A DNA stretch of 64,000 nt from Parasitella parasitica NRRL 2501 (taxonomy: Eukaryota; Fungi; Mucoromycota): positions 261,083-325,082 of the forward strand of contig MU619257.1 of NCBI GenBank assembly GCA_025201805.1, given 5' to 3'. The notes under the pieces were generated by a model. It saw only the letters and a list, made by a program, of their open reading frames with translations. It searched no databases and was not told the origin of the DNA. Positions 1 to 15,134 of this stretch are shown here, piece after piece. Made by a program: the position numbers and the translations under genes. Every line of letters begins with the position of its first letter. Position 1 is the stretch's first letter.

Positions 1-1367
1 TTTATCTAAATTTTTCTGAAGATTCAGCTTCTTCTTTGAAAGCTGACGTCTTGCGAACAAATAGGCGCAAACAACTACCACCAAAAATACAGTGACACCA
101 ATTACACTGGCGATAATGTGAAGTGTACTCGATCCTTGTGAGCTAATTTTTTTTGCTTTTTCGACGCAAGTGTGGTCAGAACAATTTCCATCGATACATT
201 GGTTATCTGATTCGCAGACCTCTCCATGGGTTAGCTGCTTTACGCATATGTGAGCTCGATCGCAGAAAAGACCTCTCGCACAATTGCTAAAGTATGAATC
301 ATAAGCATCGTTCAGCGGCCATTCTATGCATGTTTCACTCGTATTTTTGGATAGATGAATTGCATTTCTTAGTCTAGGGTGAGGAGCTATTATACATGGC
401 TGATTAAGTTGAATCAATGGGCCTTGGTATTCGGGCAATGACATGGTATCTTTCAGAATCCATCTTGGAATTGAAAAATTAGGGTAAGTATAAGGGGTTG
501 CCATGGGGAAATGTGGATTATATGATTTACTTTGTGTTATTTGTTCTCGGTTTGCATTGCACATATGAATCTGTCACTTCACATACATCTCCGTCATCAG
601 CGCAAGGAAATTTGCATTCAACTACAACTAAATTAGCTTTTACCAAGGTTATCAAGATTGCCAATATCAACAGGGACATGGATGTTAAATGGCTTAAATA
701 CAACATTTCTACAGACTCAAATCCTTGAGCATTAGATAATCTTGTTTTGTAAAAGAAAGAAGAATTAGGGGAAAAAAGCTACCCTCGGTTCAACTAATTT
801 ATTTAAGGCTAATGAAAAAATAGAAACTGAGGAAGCCTAAGAAAACTGTGCTACCGTAGACCAACGTTCTCTTGATTGAAACTCCAATCTGCCTTTGCTA
901 TATATAATAATTCAAGACATTGACATTGGATGACAGTTTCATTTTTCGAAAGGAAGGGAATTCTGTTTTCACAATCTCTAGCTGATTAAAAAAAAAACAG
1001 GCTTTTAGAAAGCATATACTCCATTCAAAGCATCATCAGGTACACGGTGAATCGACTATGTATCAGCAGCATTCACGAACACTTAAGCAATATATACAAA
1101 TTTTAAACAATCGTAAAATGGTAATCGCCTACTAGCATAAATGGCTTGTCTTTCTACAATTCATATATGCTCATTTGACGGGATAGCAACCCTTTAATGA
1201 TCATGATCACTGTACATGGCATCAGTTAATATGTCATTTTACTGTTTCTGGAAGAGTGAAAGATGCAGTAAAAGATGTGCCACAAATTTTAAGTTTGCAA
1301 GCTATGTTTTGCAGTATTGACGATATTTCTTAAATAAGCAACGAAAATGAGAATGTTTATTTCAAAA

Positions 1368-4300
1368 TTACCAAACAGGCACACCAGCTTCAATGCCTCT
1401 TGGCTCTGTTGATTGGCCAATCAAAGCTTTGCTTAAGAAGGAATACTCTTCTTGGAAATGCTTCTTCTTATTGCCAGTAGCTACAGAGGCAGATGGAGGA
1501 CGGCCTGCGTAAACTGGAGATTTACCAGCGTAATACTGTGTTTCTGCGAGAGTAGTAGTAAGTCTAGACTGAACATGTTGCCATGGCCCCATATTTTGAG
1601 GCTCTTCTTGACACCAGATAATCTCGGCATTAGGATATTTATCCACATTTTCCTTGATTTGCTGGTAAGGGAATGGATTCAATTGCTCCACGCGAGAAAT
1701 AGCAATATCGTTCATTTTGTTTTGCTCACGAGCCTTTAACAAAGCATAATAAACTTGACCAGAACATAGAATGTGCTTCTTTATCTGATCCGGTGCAGCC
1801 AATGTTTCAGGATGCGTTTCTGGTAAATACAGTTGGAAATGCGTGTTTCCTGTAATCTCAGATAAACTAGAACGCGCCAATGGATGACGAAGCATCGACT
1901 TGGAGAAAGGTAGAATCAACGGTTTCCTGTAATCACGGCAGATTTGACGACGCAAGACATGGAAGTACTGGGAAGGGGTTGAAGCGTATACAACCTGCAT
2001 GTTACAGTCTTGATGCTGGCGTTGTAGTTTTTCTGCGGATGGGAATACATATGGATTTTCATCGCAAAGTTGCAAATAGCGCTCGATGCGGGCAGACGAA
2101 TGTTCAGGCCCTTGACCGTCATAGCCATGAGGAAGAGAAAGGACTAAGCCCGTACGTTGAAGCCATTTTTGTTCGCCAGCAGCCAAGAACTGGTCGACAA
2201 TTACTTGGGCTGTGTTGGCAAAATCGCCAAATTGGGCTTCCCAAATTACAAGCGAATTGGGGTCGACAAGCGAGTAGCCTAATTCAAAACCTAGTACACC
2301 GTATTCTGATAACGACGAGTTTGAGATGGCAAGCACGCCTTGTTCAGAGCTAATGTTGTTTAATAATGTAGTACGGGCATCAGATTTTTGATCGTGCAAG
2401 ACGGCATGGCGTTGTGAAAAGGTTCCGCGTTCAACATCTTGGCCAGAGACACGTACATGCTTATTTTCTAAAAGTAAAGATCCCCAGGCAAGCCCTTCAG
2501 CTGTGGACCAGTCAATATCTTTGCCGCTGGTCAAACTCTTTTCGCGAGCCTGCAAAATACGGATAATGTTACGGTGAGCGTTGAAGTTTTGAGGCAAGGT
2601 GGTCATAGCTTTTCCAACTTGAGCTAGAGCCTCCTCAGAGACACCAGTGGGATATTGGGGGAGCACTTCAGTGGCTAGTTCCTTGGGTGACTTGAAGCCA
2701 GGCCAGCTGCTGGATAGCCATTCTTGAGAGCTAGGCTTGTAGGTTTTACTAGCAGTGTAGCTCTCTTCTAATATCTCCCATACACGCTTCTTTTCTTTGT
2801 CAATCTGTTCAGATGTGAAATTGCCTTCGTTCTTGAGTTGCTCTTCGTACTTTTGAGCAACGGGCTTCATTTTGCTGATAGCTTGATACATGAGCGGTTG
2901 AGTGAACATGGGTTGGTCAGTCTCGTTGTGTCCATGTTTACGATAGCAAACTAAATCTATGACACAATCCTTATGGAAAGTTTGTCTCCAATCCGCTGCT
3001 AATTGCATGACAAAAGTTACAGCTTCAACATCATCGCCGTTAACATGAAAAACAGGAGCGTTGATAGATTTGGCTATATCAGTACAGTAAGGAGTAGAAC
3101 GACCATAACGAGGATCTGTAGTAAAGCCAATTTGGTTATTGACTACAATGTGAATAGTGCCTCCAGTCGAATAGGAAGGCAGGTCGTAGAAGCCCATGGT
3201 CTCGTAGACAACACCTTGACCTGCCATAGCAGCATCACCATGCATCAAAATGGACATGGCATGGTCGCCATGGATATCTTTGCCATAAAATTGAAGTGCC
3301 TTAGTTTTACCGAGAACAACAGGGTCGACAGCTTCCAAATGAGACGGGTTGGCTACCAGGGAAAGATGGACACGTCTTCCTGAAGGAGTAGGACGAACGT
3401 AGTTCATGCCCAAGTGGTATTTTACGTCCCCAGAGCCTTCATCTGAAGGTAGTGCGGAGCCACTGAATTCGCACCAGATGGATTCGTTGGGTTTGCGAAC
3501 GACATTAGACAAGACATTCAAACGGCCACGATGAGGCATACCAATAACTATAGACTCTACGCCCAGATCAACAGATCTGTCGATCTGGCAGGTTGGTGTT
3601 ACTACCATTTCTCCATAATTCTTGTTGACCATTTACTTACCAATGCCTTCATGCCAGGAATGAGGCTCTCACCGCCTTCGAGACCAAAACGTTTCTCAGA
3701 TGGATATTTAGAAGCAACGAAACGTTCAAAACTGTCAGACCATGTCAAGCGATCCAGAATCATCTTCTTTTCCTTATGTGTGTATTTGTAGGGCTCAGGC
3801 TTTTCTACGCGGGCACGAATCCAATCGCACTGAGCACGGTCAGGGATATGGACATATTCAATACCGATAGACCCACCTGTATAATCTTAGGGATAAGTAC
3901 ATTTCTGCATTCACTTTTAATGCTGCTCACTTACAATACATTTTTTTGAGATCATCAATAATTTCACGCAAGCTCAGCTCTTTGTTTGTCTGACCCAACG
4001 CAGGTAAAATGCCCGGACCTAGCGTAAATTTGCGGTCCAGATCTTTGTCAGTGAACCCATAATATTGGTAAGTAAGTTCTGGAGGATGTGGGTTTTCTGT
4101 GCTAGCATGTCCGATGTGCAAGGGATCCAGATTTGCTAATTGGTGGCCTCGTACTTGATAGGCTCTAACGAGCAATTGAATCTTCATATGCTCGATTACT
4201 TTTTTGCTGGATTCGCTCATACTAGCCTGTAGAGTAATGTCAGCTGGCAATTGAGGCATACGAGCACTATCAGAGGGCATAATGGTAGGCGGTGGCGTGT

Positions 4301-4580
4301 AAGCCTCTCCGGAGGGGACACCATTTGCCATATTTTTGAAGTAAACTTGCCATGACAGATGTACAGAGGAAGGATCCTTGAGCCAGGCCTCGTACATTTC
4401 CTCAATGTAATTGGCCGCATTACCGTGGAGGAACCCATCATTGACAGAAGGAGCAGCATAGTGGCGACACGCTTGCAGGAAAGAAAATGCCAATGTAGGA
4501 CGAAGATAGGGTGTTTTTAGTACTAGTGTTCGTTTCGCACCACATTTTGTAACACGAGATAGTGTCGATAATCGATACAT
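1368..4580 (-). CDS. KGD1: 2-oxoglutarate dehydrogenase E1 component, mitochondrial (3 exons; introns 3877-3934 and 3585-3640)
   Basis: Motifs [42 protein letters not shown] (ThDP-binding), [25 protein letters not shown]-terminal Arg-rich presequence ([10 protein letters not shown]). GT-AG introns join the three open frames. Confidence 0.97.
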
Positions 4581-5775
4581 AATGTGTTGAATAAAAGAAA
4601 AGAGAAAACTATCATGTAAAATCACTCTATATTTATTTCTTCCTTTTTACTGGGTGACTTGTGTGTGTTTCCATGTCTTAAATGTTTGTGCAAAAAGCCA
4701 TTGCAAGAGGCACGAAGGAGTCATACAGTTGTACATGTCTATAGGCAATTCTTTGACATTTCAAGATAAAGATAGTGTGCATGTGCTTCGTCTCTTATAT
4801 ATGCTTGTGTAATATCTTGTATGACACCCTGGTTTTTGCTTTTTATTTGAAACATAACTTTGTTTTAGATCTGGGGCAACGGTAATGTCGGCTTAATTCA
4901 TGCTGAATGCAGCGCGACTAATTTTTGTATTTAGAATAAACGGCTGTTTTCTGCTGCAATCGTAGCGCTGTTTATCAAGTCGAGTTGTTTGCATCCAGCC
5001 TTCAGTAGACACAGACAACTTCTTGAACTTACCTAATTTGATATTCGAAATCCAAGTTGATATGCACCTTGTAGTCAGCATTCACGTATTTTTTTTTTAT
5101 TAGAATCAGAAAAGGAAAATGTTGAAACGCATTAGAGTACTCTGTCTCCTCCAAAGTACAAAAACAACCTTTTATGGCCAAGCTGCAAATCTATAGATTT
5201 ATAAGCTCTGGAGAAAAGGGTCGTTGTGGTAATAGGATGTCCTTTAAGAAGTGTGTATAAGAAATGTGAGAATTATCAAGGACCTTTATACGGTATTACG
5301 AACAAGTCTAAAAGTTGAGATGGCTGCTAAATACCTGTTTCTGAGTAGCTCGGAAACAATACTCTTTAGATCTTTTTGACAGCAGAATCAAGAGAAACAT
5401 AAATTTAAGCTTGACAGCACTGTCATAGCGTAGTGGAGATGATTGAAGGGGACCTGGAAAGAGTGTCTCGGGGCGGCTGAGTGTTTAGGAGAACAACTAT
5501 GCCTCAAGCTCTGATGAAGTATTTAATCAATTAAGCTCAAAGAAAATACCTAACATTGAACAACAAAGAACTCGCTATTGTTCCTCTCTGTAGGGGAATA
5601 CATGTACGCCATGGGATTGTTTCTCCATCTCCTTGTAAAGCAATAAAATGCAAAAGGTCTTAATTGCTTATTACACTATTTTATTTAAATTATCATGATA
5701 TTTTTAACTTTGACTATTTAATTCTTTGTTGATACTTGTGGTATATATATGTATATGAAAAAAAAAGGAAACATT

Positions 5776-7922
5776 TCAACAGAATTGTTTCGTTTTCAGG
5801 ACTTTTCTTAGATTAGCTTCTTCAGCTTCATATTCATGCTTTCTTTTTCCAAGCATTGGCTTGGTTGTAGCGGAATTTTCATTATTGATTTTGGCAGGAG
5901 CAGCAGGTTCTTGAATGATAGTGCGTGTGACAGGAGGGCTATCTAAACAGGTTTTCTTCCTAGATTCAGAGCCTGAGCCATCATTTTCGGTACTTTCGTC
6001 TTCAAGCTCGCTTGAAGAACGTTTTTTGCCTTTTGCTGCTAAAGTCAATGTGTTTGAGGTTGATTTGCTCTCAGGTGATGACAATGCACTTAATGAGGCG
6101 TGTTCAATTGGAACTGAGGCCGGCAATTGGGGTTCTTGGTCTGAGGAAAGAGGGCTACAGGATGCTTTCAAATTGTTGGCATAACTGCATTCCACGTTAC
6201 TGTCTTTGTTGTCACTAGCAATCGAGTACTCGTTATTACTGACATTGCTGGACTCTTCTTGATCGCCATCTTCCTCATCGCTGCTGAATTCAAAGAGTGC
6301 AGCATGGATGATTTCAGCGAGTGAAGGAGAGGCTTTAGCTGGGGATTTTTTATTTTGGAGAGCAGTTGAGTGCTTGTCATCACTAATATTTCCAGACTCC
6401 TGTTGAATGCCATCTTGCTTGTCATCACTGGATTTCCTGGATTCCTGTTGATCGCCATCTTTTTTGTCGTCAATGTCTCCCAAAAGTGAGGGATGAACTT
6501 CAGCTGGGGATTCTTTATTCCCAAGAGCAGCCGAGTGCTTGCTATCACTGACATTTCCGGATTCCTGTTGATTGCCACCTTGCTTGGCAATAGGGAATAA
6601 AGAATAGGCTTTAGCTGGGGGTTCTTTATTCCCAAGAGCAGCCGAGCGCTTGCTACCACTGACATTTCCAGATTCCTGTTGATTGCCACCTTGCTTGGCA
6701 ATAAGGAATAAAGAATAGACTCCATCTGGGGATTTATAGCAATCGCTAGCATTGAAATTGCCAGACCTATTTCGATAGTCATCTTGCACCGTTTTAAAGA
6801 ATGAAGGAAGGTCTTCAGTTGATGATTTTTGGTTCCAAAGAGGATCCGAGCGCTTGTTATCACTGACATTGCCGGACTCTTCTCGAAGGTCATCTAGCAT
6901 TGATTGCGAAATTATGGGAGGGCCTCCAGTTGGGGGTTTTTTGTTATCACTAACGTTTCCGGATGCCTGTTGATTGCCATCTTGCTTTAATTTAAAGAAT
7001 GTAGGATAGGACTCAGCTGAGGATCTCTTCGGGCGATTGTCATCACATGTAAGGAATCCAGGAAGGATTTTAGCTGGGGATTTCTTGTCCCAATGAGTAG
7101 TCGCGACACTACGGATCTTGTTACCATTGACGTTTCTGGAATATTCTGGATGGTCATTTTGCATGGATTTGAAGATTGAAGCAAAGTCTACAGCTGGAGG
7201 TTTTGTATTCCAAAGAGGAGTCGAGTACTTGTTACCACTGACGTTACTGGACTCTTTTCGATGGTCATCTTGCATGACATCGAAGATTGAGGGAAGGTCT
7301 TCAGTTGGAATTTTTGCATTCCAAAGAGAAGTCGAGTACTTGTTACCATTGACGTTGCTGGACTCTTTTCGATGGTCATCTGACATGAAATCGAAGATTG
7401 AAAAAAGGTCTTCAGTTTGAAGTTTTGTATTCCAAAGAGGAGTCGAGTGCTTTTTATCACTGACATTGCTGGACTCTTTTCGCTTATCGTCAACGCATGA
7501 AGTAGCTCCAACTTTAATCAGAGACTGTGCTCCAGCATGGCCAACTTCATGATATGAGGAATGAATACCCAAAGGCTCAGGAGAATTCCTATCATCAGTG
7601 AATTTGATGAATTCTTGAGACCTCTCGCCGAGGCGGGGTATTGATGTTTGAGCGCGCCAATAATCTGATCTGCCTCGATTTAGGGCTAAAGATTCGAAAG
7701 TTACTGGGGTACGACTGTTTTTTGCCGACACCGAAGCTTCAGGTGGTTGGATGCTCTTCATTCGCCAAAACGACTTGGGAAGGCTGACAAAAGAGGAACT
7801 ACAAGAGATTTAATACGCTAGTTGCCATACACTGAATTCAAATATATTTACCCTCTGGATAAAATACTTTTTATTCTAGAAAATCTAGGTGCTCTTTTTG
7901 GAGATTCTTTATTGAGATCCAT
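5776..7922 (-). CDS. Orphan low-complexity protein with degenerate 37-aa (111-bp) tandem repeats
   Basis: 661-aa ORF extends in frame to ATG 7922 (MDLNKESPKRAPRF...) via a GT-AG intron 7799-7851. Repeats ESSNVSxNKxSTxLWNxKxPxEDLPSIF with 111-bp spacing (7250/7361, 6560/6671). Basic NLS-like clusters near the C-terminus. Confidence 0.75.
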
Positions 7923-9759
7923 TTTTTGCTCGTTTGCTGTACGGTTTTTCAATTGAATTGGTTTTCTGGATATCAATCAAGTAGCAGAGGATCAAATAAA
8001 TAAATAAAAAAGTTGTATGAAGAGAAAGAAAGAGGAAAAGTGCTTTGTGAGCAAAGTGGGGTATCCTATACCCTTTTTCCGCGGGGGCATTATTTGTTCT
8101 GCCTTCAGGCATTCGCAACAAACGCTCTCGAAAGAGAGTAAACTGCCAAAATACTTGAGCGTTTTGTCTATCAATTCAGCTTTCCACCTCAACTTCAAGG
8201 TATAAGTGCAACCTATACAATATTAAATACATTGATTTATTAGATATAGCTTTTCTTCAACAAATCCTTGTAACAATAGGCCTGCCCAGAATTTTATTTT
8301 GTTTCAATAACAAGGCACGGACCCAGGAAAGTAAACAAAAAAAAGCGGCATGTGATCCTAATCCAAAAAACAGGAAAGTACTAAAAAGCATCATGCACTT
8401 GTACTTTGATTGTTTGTTTGTTTATTACATCATTGATTTGCATGGTGTCAACCATGATAGTTGATGACATTCATCCCTTTTCGAGAATTTGTGAGCACAT
8501 AAAATCGTATAATTTAGTTGATGATAGTGTAAAATGGTCTCTGGACAGAACATTGAACTATTGAACTGCGGCGAGCAGGATATGGAAATTAATAGCTACA
8601 GAAGGCAATGTAAGTATAAAGAACATCACAACCAACAGGGACACCAAGAGTGCGAATTCAATGCAAAATGACTTTAGAAAGTAATCTGAATTCGTATGAA
8701 TAAAGCAGAGTGATAGCACCATCCCAATAGTGATCGGATACCTTTCAGCATACAGTTAACTAGTCGATTAGGCAAATTTTGTTTTATTTTCCTAAGACAT
8801 GTGATAGTCGTGCAACCACATGAATAGTGCATGATACTCGATTTCTCGACCAATCAACAGAAGAGCTATGGTGCATACACTAGGTGAATCAGGTTGATAG
8901 CGAGAGCAAAGGATAGTGTACATAAGTTAAACAAGTTTTATCAATTACCTCAAGGCTGACGAGGTCAACGAAACGATTTTATTTATTAATCTGCAGCTAC
9001 GTGAAACAATATACAAAAAGGGTATAAAAGTATCTTTGTCTAAACTGGCCCGGACAATTGGCTGCATAATTCGACCTAGTTGAGATTGCAATTTCAGTCA
9101 AACCTGTATACATTGCTTGTCGTACCTAAACTAATCGACTTTGGCCTCCAATGTGGTACCGGCACATACACTCATACACTCTGAGCTAACAACGATGGAC
9201 AACAACGATTGTATACCAAGGAAGAAATGTTTATACTCTTCCAACCTTCCAGAAATGAGGAAAAAATTAATAATCAAAACAATAGAAAAGAGCGCCCACT
9301 CCCAGTGGAGGTTACTGCACCATTGGAAGGGGGTTCAAAACAATAATTACAATTGTCCTGAAGTGCCAGCTAGACTTGGCTTATCATTTGTTCCAATCCA
9401 ACTTAATATGAATGCCTTAATCTGCAAAAAATAAATTACTCAAATTTCAAACTAAAAAAAAAAAAAAAAAGAATGTTTCTTTCTTGTTTCGCCGACATTC
9501 CACTTAAAGAATGGGCGAACATATAAAATCTTGTCAGAGTTGACACCAATTCAGCAACTGTAAATAGCATCAGTACAAAAGTATATCAACGGTCTTGAGA
9601 AATTCCCAACTCAAATAGTCACGCATCGTTACGTACAAGGCTTTGCAGGCAAAGCAAAGCAAAAAAAAACTTGAAACTGAGAAGCACACAAAATATATAA
9701 CAAAAAGAATTTGACAAGGAAAATGAAAAGAAACAACACTTGATCTTGAAAAAAAAATG

Positions 9760-10090
9760 TTTTTTAACCATCAAGCACAACTTGTATTTGAAGCAGAAAC
9801 ATTGTTAAAGTACAATGAAAGAGGAGCTGAGCAGCAGAGTCAATAGAGATCAAACAAACTGGACAGCGAGGAGAGTCAAACATGGCAGGCATTATGCGAT
9901 GTAAAAAGCTACGGTGCAGGGTACACCCGACAATGAATCGGTACACCACATTGCGCTATATCGTAGTAAGAGACGGGCAGTGGAAACGTCGCGTAGTATT
10001 GTTGGAGGTGTGACAGCCGAGATACAGTAACTGCCGAACGAAATATTTTGGTGAGGCCTGCGTGGTGACAAAAGATTGACCATCGTCGCA
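9760..10090 (-). mobile_element. Decayed non-LTR retrotransposon fragment (zf-RVT-like zinc-binding region)
   Basis: Translation VYRFIVGCTLHRSFLHRIMPAMFDSPRCPVCLISIDSAAQLLFHC has the CxxC...(H)xxxxC pattern of the C-terminal zinc-binding region of L1/Tx1-type RTs. Frameshifted, no intact RT. Confidence 0.55.
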
Positions 10091-10954
10091 AATAAATTGG
10101 TTCACAAAAGAAGCAAAATATACCTCGGAGCTCTTGAGGGGAGCAGGACTACAGACGGGGACGAAATAAGATTGAAACTAAAGGAGACTCCTCGCACTCC
10201 ATTATCTTCAAAACTAGATAAAAACAAAAGTTTAAAAGAAACTCTTTATGCCTGCGGGAAAGAAATCCATGAGAGATACAAACAAGGAAAGTCGTTGACC
10301 GGTGATAAACTCAAAGCAATGAAATGGGGTCTATCAAGCATACTCAATTTTCAGAAACCAGGGAAAATGTTAATAGATGTTTGTTTGAACCTAAATTTTG
10401 GTAAGGGATCGCCAATAATAACAAGAAGTTCATTGTGAAGGTCCCTGATCTTGAAAAATTGTTACAAGAAAAATTATTAGAGGAAAAATTATTAGAGAAT
10501 AAATGCCCCATCTGCAAATTTCAAACAACCTTACAATCCCAATATTTTGATCTTATCGTCGTCCGAAATCGATGCTAAGCGTTGGCTTGCTTGGTCTGCT
10601 TGAAAGAGTAGTATTGTTTGATGATGATGATGCAAGATATGGTATTACTGCCATATCGAATGCTGTAAAAACTGAGGATAACGACTAACTGGCGAGTATC
10701 ATTTATGATAACTGTGGGCCAGAGTAATTCAGAAATGCATTTAGTAGAGGTAAAGAGGCAATGATTTGTTCAGCATGGCTTGGTTTATTCTTTATGCAAA
10801 TCTAAGTGTCAATGTGCAATTTTTGTATAATTTTGCAGTTAACTATCTATTTCTGGGCCATTGCGCAGTGAGAATAAGCAATGTATCAAATGAGCCTGGC
10901 TCCGGTGTGCTTACCGGTAATAGCAGAAATTATGAACCAGGGCTACTATCTGTC

Positions 10955-11120
10955 TACAGTCTTTTATGGTTTCTGAAAGAAAAAAGTTCGAGTAAATGAT
11001 AAATGTCACGATGTTTGTAATCTCTATATATTAGGGTTTCTGATAACAAACCTTTTATTACTGATAAAAGCTGAGACATTTCTGAGAGAAGAGAAATGTC
11101 CCCTCAAGAAGATTTCAAGT
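10955..11120 (+). repeat. Short dispersed repeat module (copy 1 of 3)
   Basis: TAAATGATAA...TATATATTAGGGTTTCTG...GAGAGAAGAGAAATGTC recurs directly at ~23661-23750 and inverted at ~24977-25090. Confidence 0.7.
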
Positions 11121-11823
11121 AGAAAGAAGAAGTATTAAATGCAATCTTCAACGGGACACAATACAAATTTTTTTGAGATCCATAATGCTTGAATGTTGAT
11201 AAATGATTTCAGATATATCCGTTATAAATTAGATATCTAAATAACCTCAAATAGTTAGACAAGTATATAGAACTGCATATATTATTAAGGTATTTAGTTG
11301 TATGCATCCGTCAAATTATGCATTTATACAATGGCAGTTTATTTCTGAATCCAACTTTAAACCAACCATTCCATTCTGTTTCCTCTTTTAAAATCGTGGC
11401 ATATTCAAGCAAATGACAATCTCTATCTTTTATAACTTCGCATTTTCATTTTATGTTACATCTGTTAAGTTAAGTCAACACATCCAATATCAAAGAAGAA
11501 TATACAGTCGGGAATCGTTATAACGGAAGGGTTGGTGGACTAAAATGTGTTTGGTATAACGAGTTATCCCTTATTCAGAATTTGATACTCTACAGTACAG
11601 TCTCTAAAACCTAGAACCTGGAATCTACCAGAAGTTTATTATGACGCTTAACTTTTGTGAGTAAAACTACCCTCAACATCAATCCTATCCTCTATTTTAT
11701 ATGTTTAGCATTATTATAAGCAACAATGATAATAGGGCTAGCAACTTATGAATTATTCACAAATAACAAGGTGTTATTTCAGTAGAGTATTCATTAAATA
11801 TCCTCTTATGCTTCCAGCTCGAT

Positions 11824-13023
11824 GAGCCATACCTGTTTGATGATATTACTATGAAGAAAGGTATACTTGCGGCACCAAAAAAAAAAACTTACTTAATAGA
11901 GCTATGTCATGTACTAAAATTGATATTGACATGGTATCACCTCCAGATAGGTATTTTTCACAGCTTAAAAGCAAAAACTTTAGCTTTGTGTGCCATTTTT
12001 TGATTGATTTTTATAATAAAAGTGCCCTGAAAACACCAGAAATAGTATCCATTGGAAAAAGACTATATTATATATGATTTTGGTGCAATTTGAGCATGAT
12101 TTTTTTTTCGATGCAAAATGACGGATTTTTCCGATTTTTTCCTTGTATCCGCACATCCAAAATCATTGATTGTGCATTATCCTCGATTTTGACCTCAAAA
12201 ATGTAACTTTTTACTATGTCATATATTGGAGGAAAATGATCGTAAAAGACCATTGCTTGATCTGAAAGACTGGAAATGCGCTCTGATTAAGCAAAATGTT
12301 GACTTTTTCCTCTTGATCTGTTTTTGATGTTTTTTAAACAGAATTTCTTTCATGAGCATACAGAAATTTATAAAATGATACCATCGTGTAGAGCGCCCAA
12401 AAATACAGCTATTAACATAGAATGACAGCCGTAGTATGCATAATATCAGAGGATGATATCTTACCTCAAAGGAGTAATTTTGTTTTCGAATTGTCCAAAT
12501 GGAGATTCTGAAAGAATTTTTTCTTCCTGATTTTGGATGCGTTTAATCTCCGCTATCAAAGAAAAATGGCGCTTTTTTGAAGAAAGCATTAGCTTTGAGA
12601 AACCATAGCTTATTCAATTCAATTCAATTCAAAAAAAAAAAAAACAATTACAACCTATTTTATTTAAATTTTGTGCTTCTTGGCTTTCTAATGGTAGCAC
12701 TTGCATGTCTGTACCTGGCCTGACGATCTCACGCTCCGATTTTGAAAAATACTTTTCGAAAAAAAGTCAGAAAAGTCGCCATCTTCATCTGATGTCAACT
12801 TAAAAAGTACAAAAACTTGCTCTAAGCTATAAAAATATGTGATCAAAAGGTGCCTTACAGTCTAATTTATTACTTTGAATTAATTGTTTTTGTGTTTAAA
12901 ATCGTTAAACATTGTTTTCTTACAGTTTTTGTCTTTTTTCTAACAGTAACACACTGAAGTTCGCGTAGACAAAATAAAGGCCGCCTAAAATCTATTCTGG
13001 CAGAGAGCTTATTTCACAACACA
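11824..13023 (+). repeat. ~1.2-kb non-coding repeat, copy A (probable non-autonomous DNA element)
   Basis: Reverse complement aligns along its length with 23815-24974, e.g. 12961 TCGCGTAGACAAAATAAAGGCCGCCTAAAA versus TTTTAGGCGGCCTTTATTTTGTCTACGCGA near 23850. Scattered substitutions and indels, no long ORF. Confidence 0.9.
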
Positions 13024-13440
13024 TTAATCATAAAAAGACTATATGCAACAAAATGCAAAATAAATGACCATATATATATTCTTATAGAGAAACAATTAAT
13101 TTTTCAACTAAATCATTGTTTTCCTATTACTGTACACTGCAGTGGCAGAATACTTTGATTTTATAATTATATAATGGTTTTGTTCTAGGATCTTCTGTTT
13201 GATTTGTTTACAAGAAATATTCTATTTAAAACAAAGCTTCAAAGGGTTGAAGTTTTGCGTGAAGACAAAAATTATCAAGGTGCTACTTGTTTTGTTTTAT
13301 GCTTTGATCTTACTGTTGATCTATACTGCAGAATGGCTGTGCCTGTCAACGACAGCATGGACTGCTTTTCTTATTGAAGTTTCGTATTTTTTTTTTGAAT
13401 AAATCCTCTTGCCTCTTTATTGAAATTACCATCAAACGAT

Positions 13441-14606
<1,166 letters not shown>

Positions 14607-15134
14607 TTTTTGTACATTTTCTATTTTGCCATCGCCTTCAAAACAGCATCATTTTTCTTTTTATTTATTTGATATATGTATATTTAGACTCGATTAAAGA
14701 CGAACCGTATAACAACATACACGCTATAGGGCTTGGCTAGTCTTTATAAAGCTGTTTGTCTCTCTTTGGATGGTTCATCCTTGGGAAATACATTTATACC
14801 TGACGATATTTGAGTGAAAAATAGATATTAATGCAGTTTGTAGATGACATTTACTGCTTTTCGAATCTTGTAGCACTTGCTATGCTATAAAAACCAGCCT
14901 ATGAATGCTTCTTGGTCATTATGTCTGGTTATCGTATTATACAAAACCCGTAGTTGCTCAAAGGCAGAATGACGTCTATAGACCAAGCGGGTTGATTGTT
15001 TGGTACTTGTCTTCAACATACAACTGTAAGTGTTGTACCTTATCTCTTGTTTCGTGACCGCGCTACGAGCAGCATCAAGGTAATGAAAATCTTTTTCCAA
15101 GGAACCAGCTTTTTCATTATATCTTATACACAAC

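Noticed and set aside
1452-3791. Plus-strand ORFs antisense to KGD1, and similar shadow ORFs over other genes
   Set aside because: Explained by codon structure of the real gene on the opposite strand.
5900-7500. CRISPR-like or satellite array
   Set aside because: Repeats are in-frame 111-bp coding units without unique spacers, in a eukaryotic context with no cas genes.
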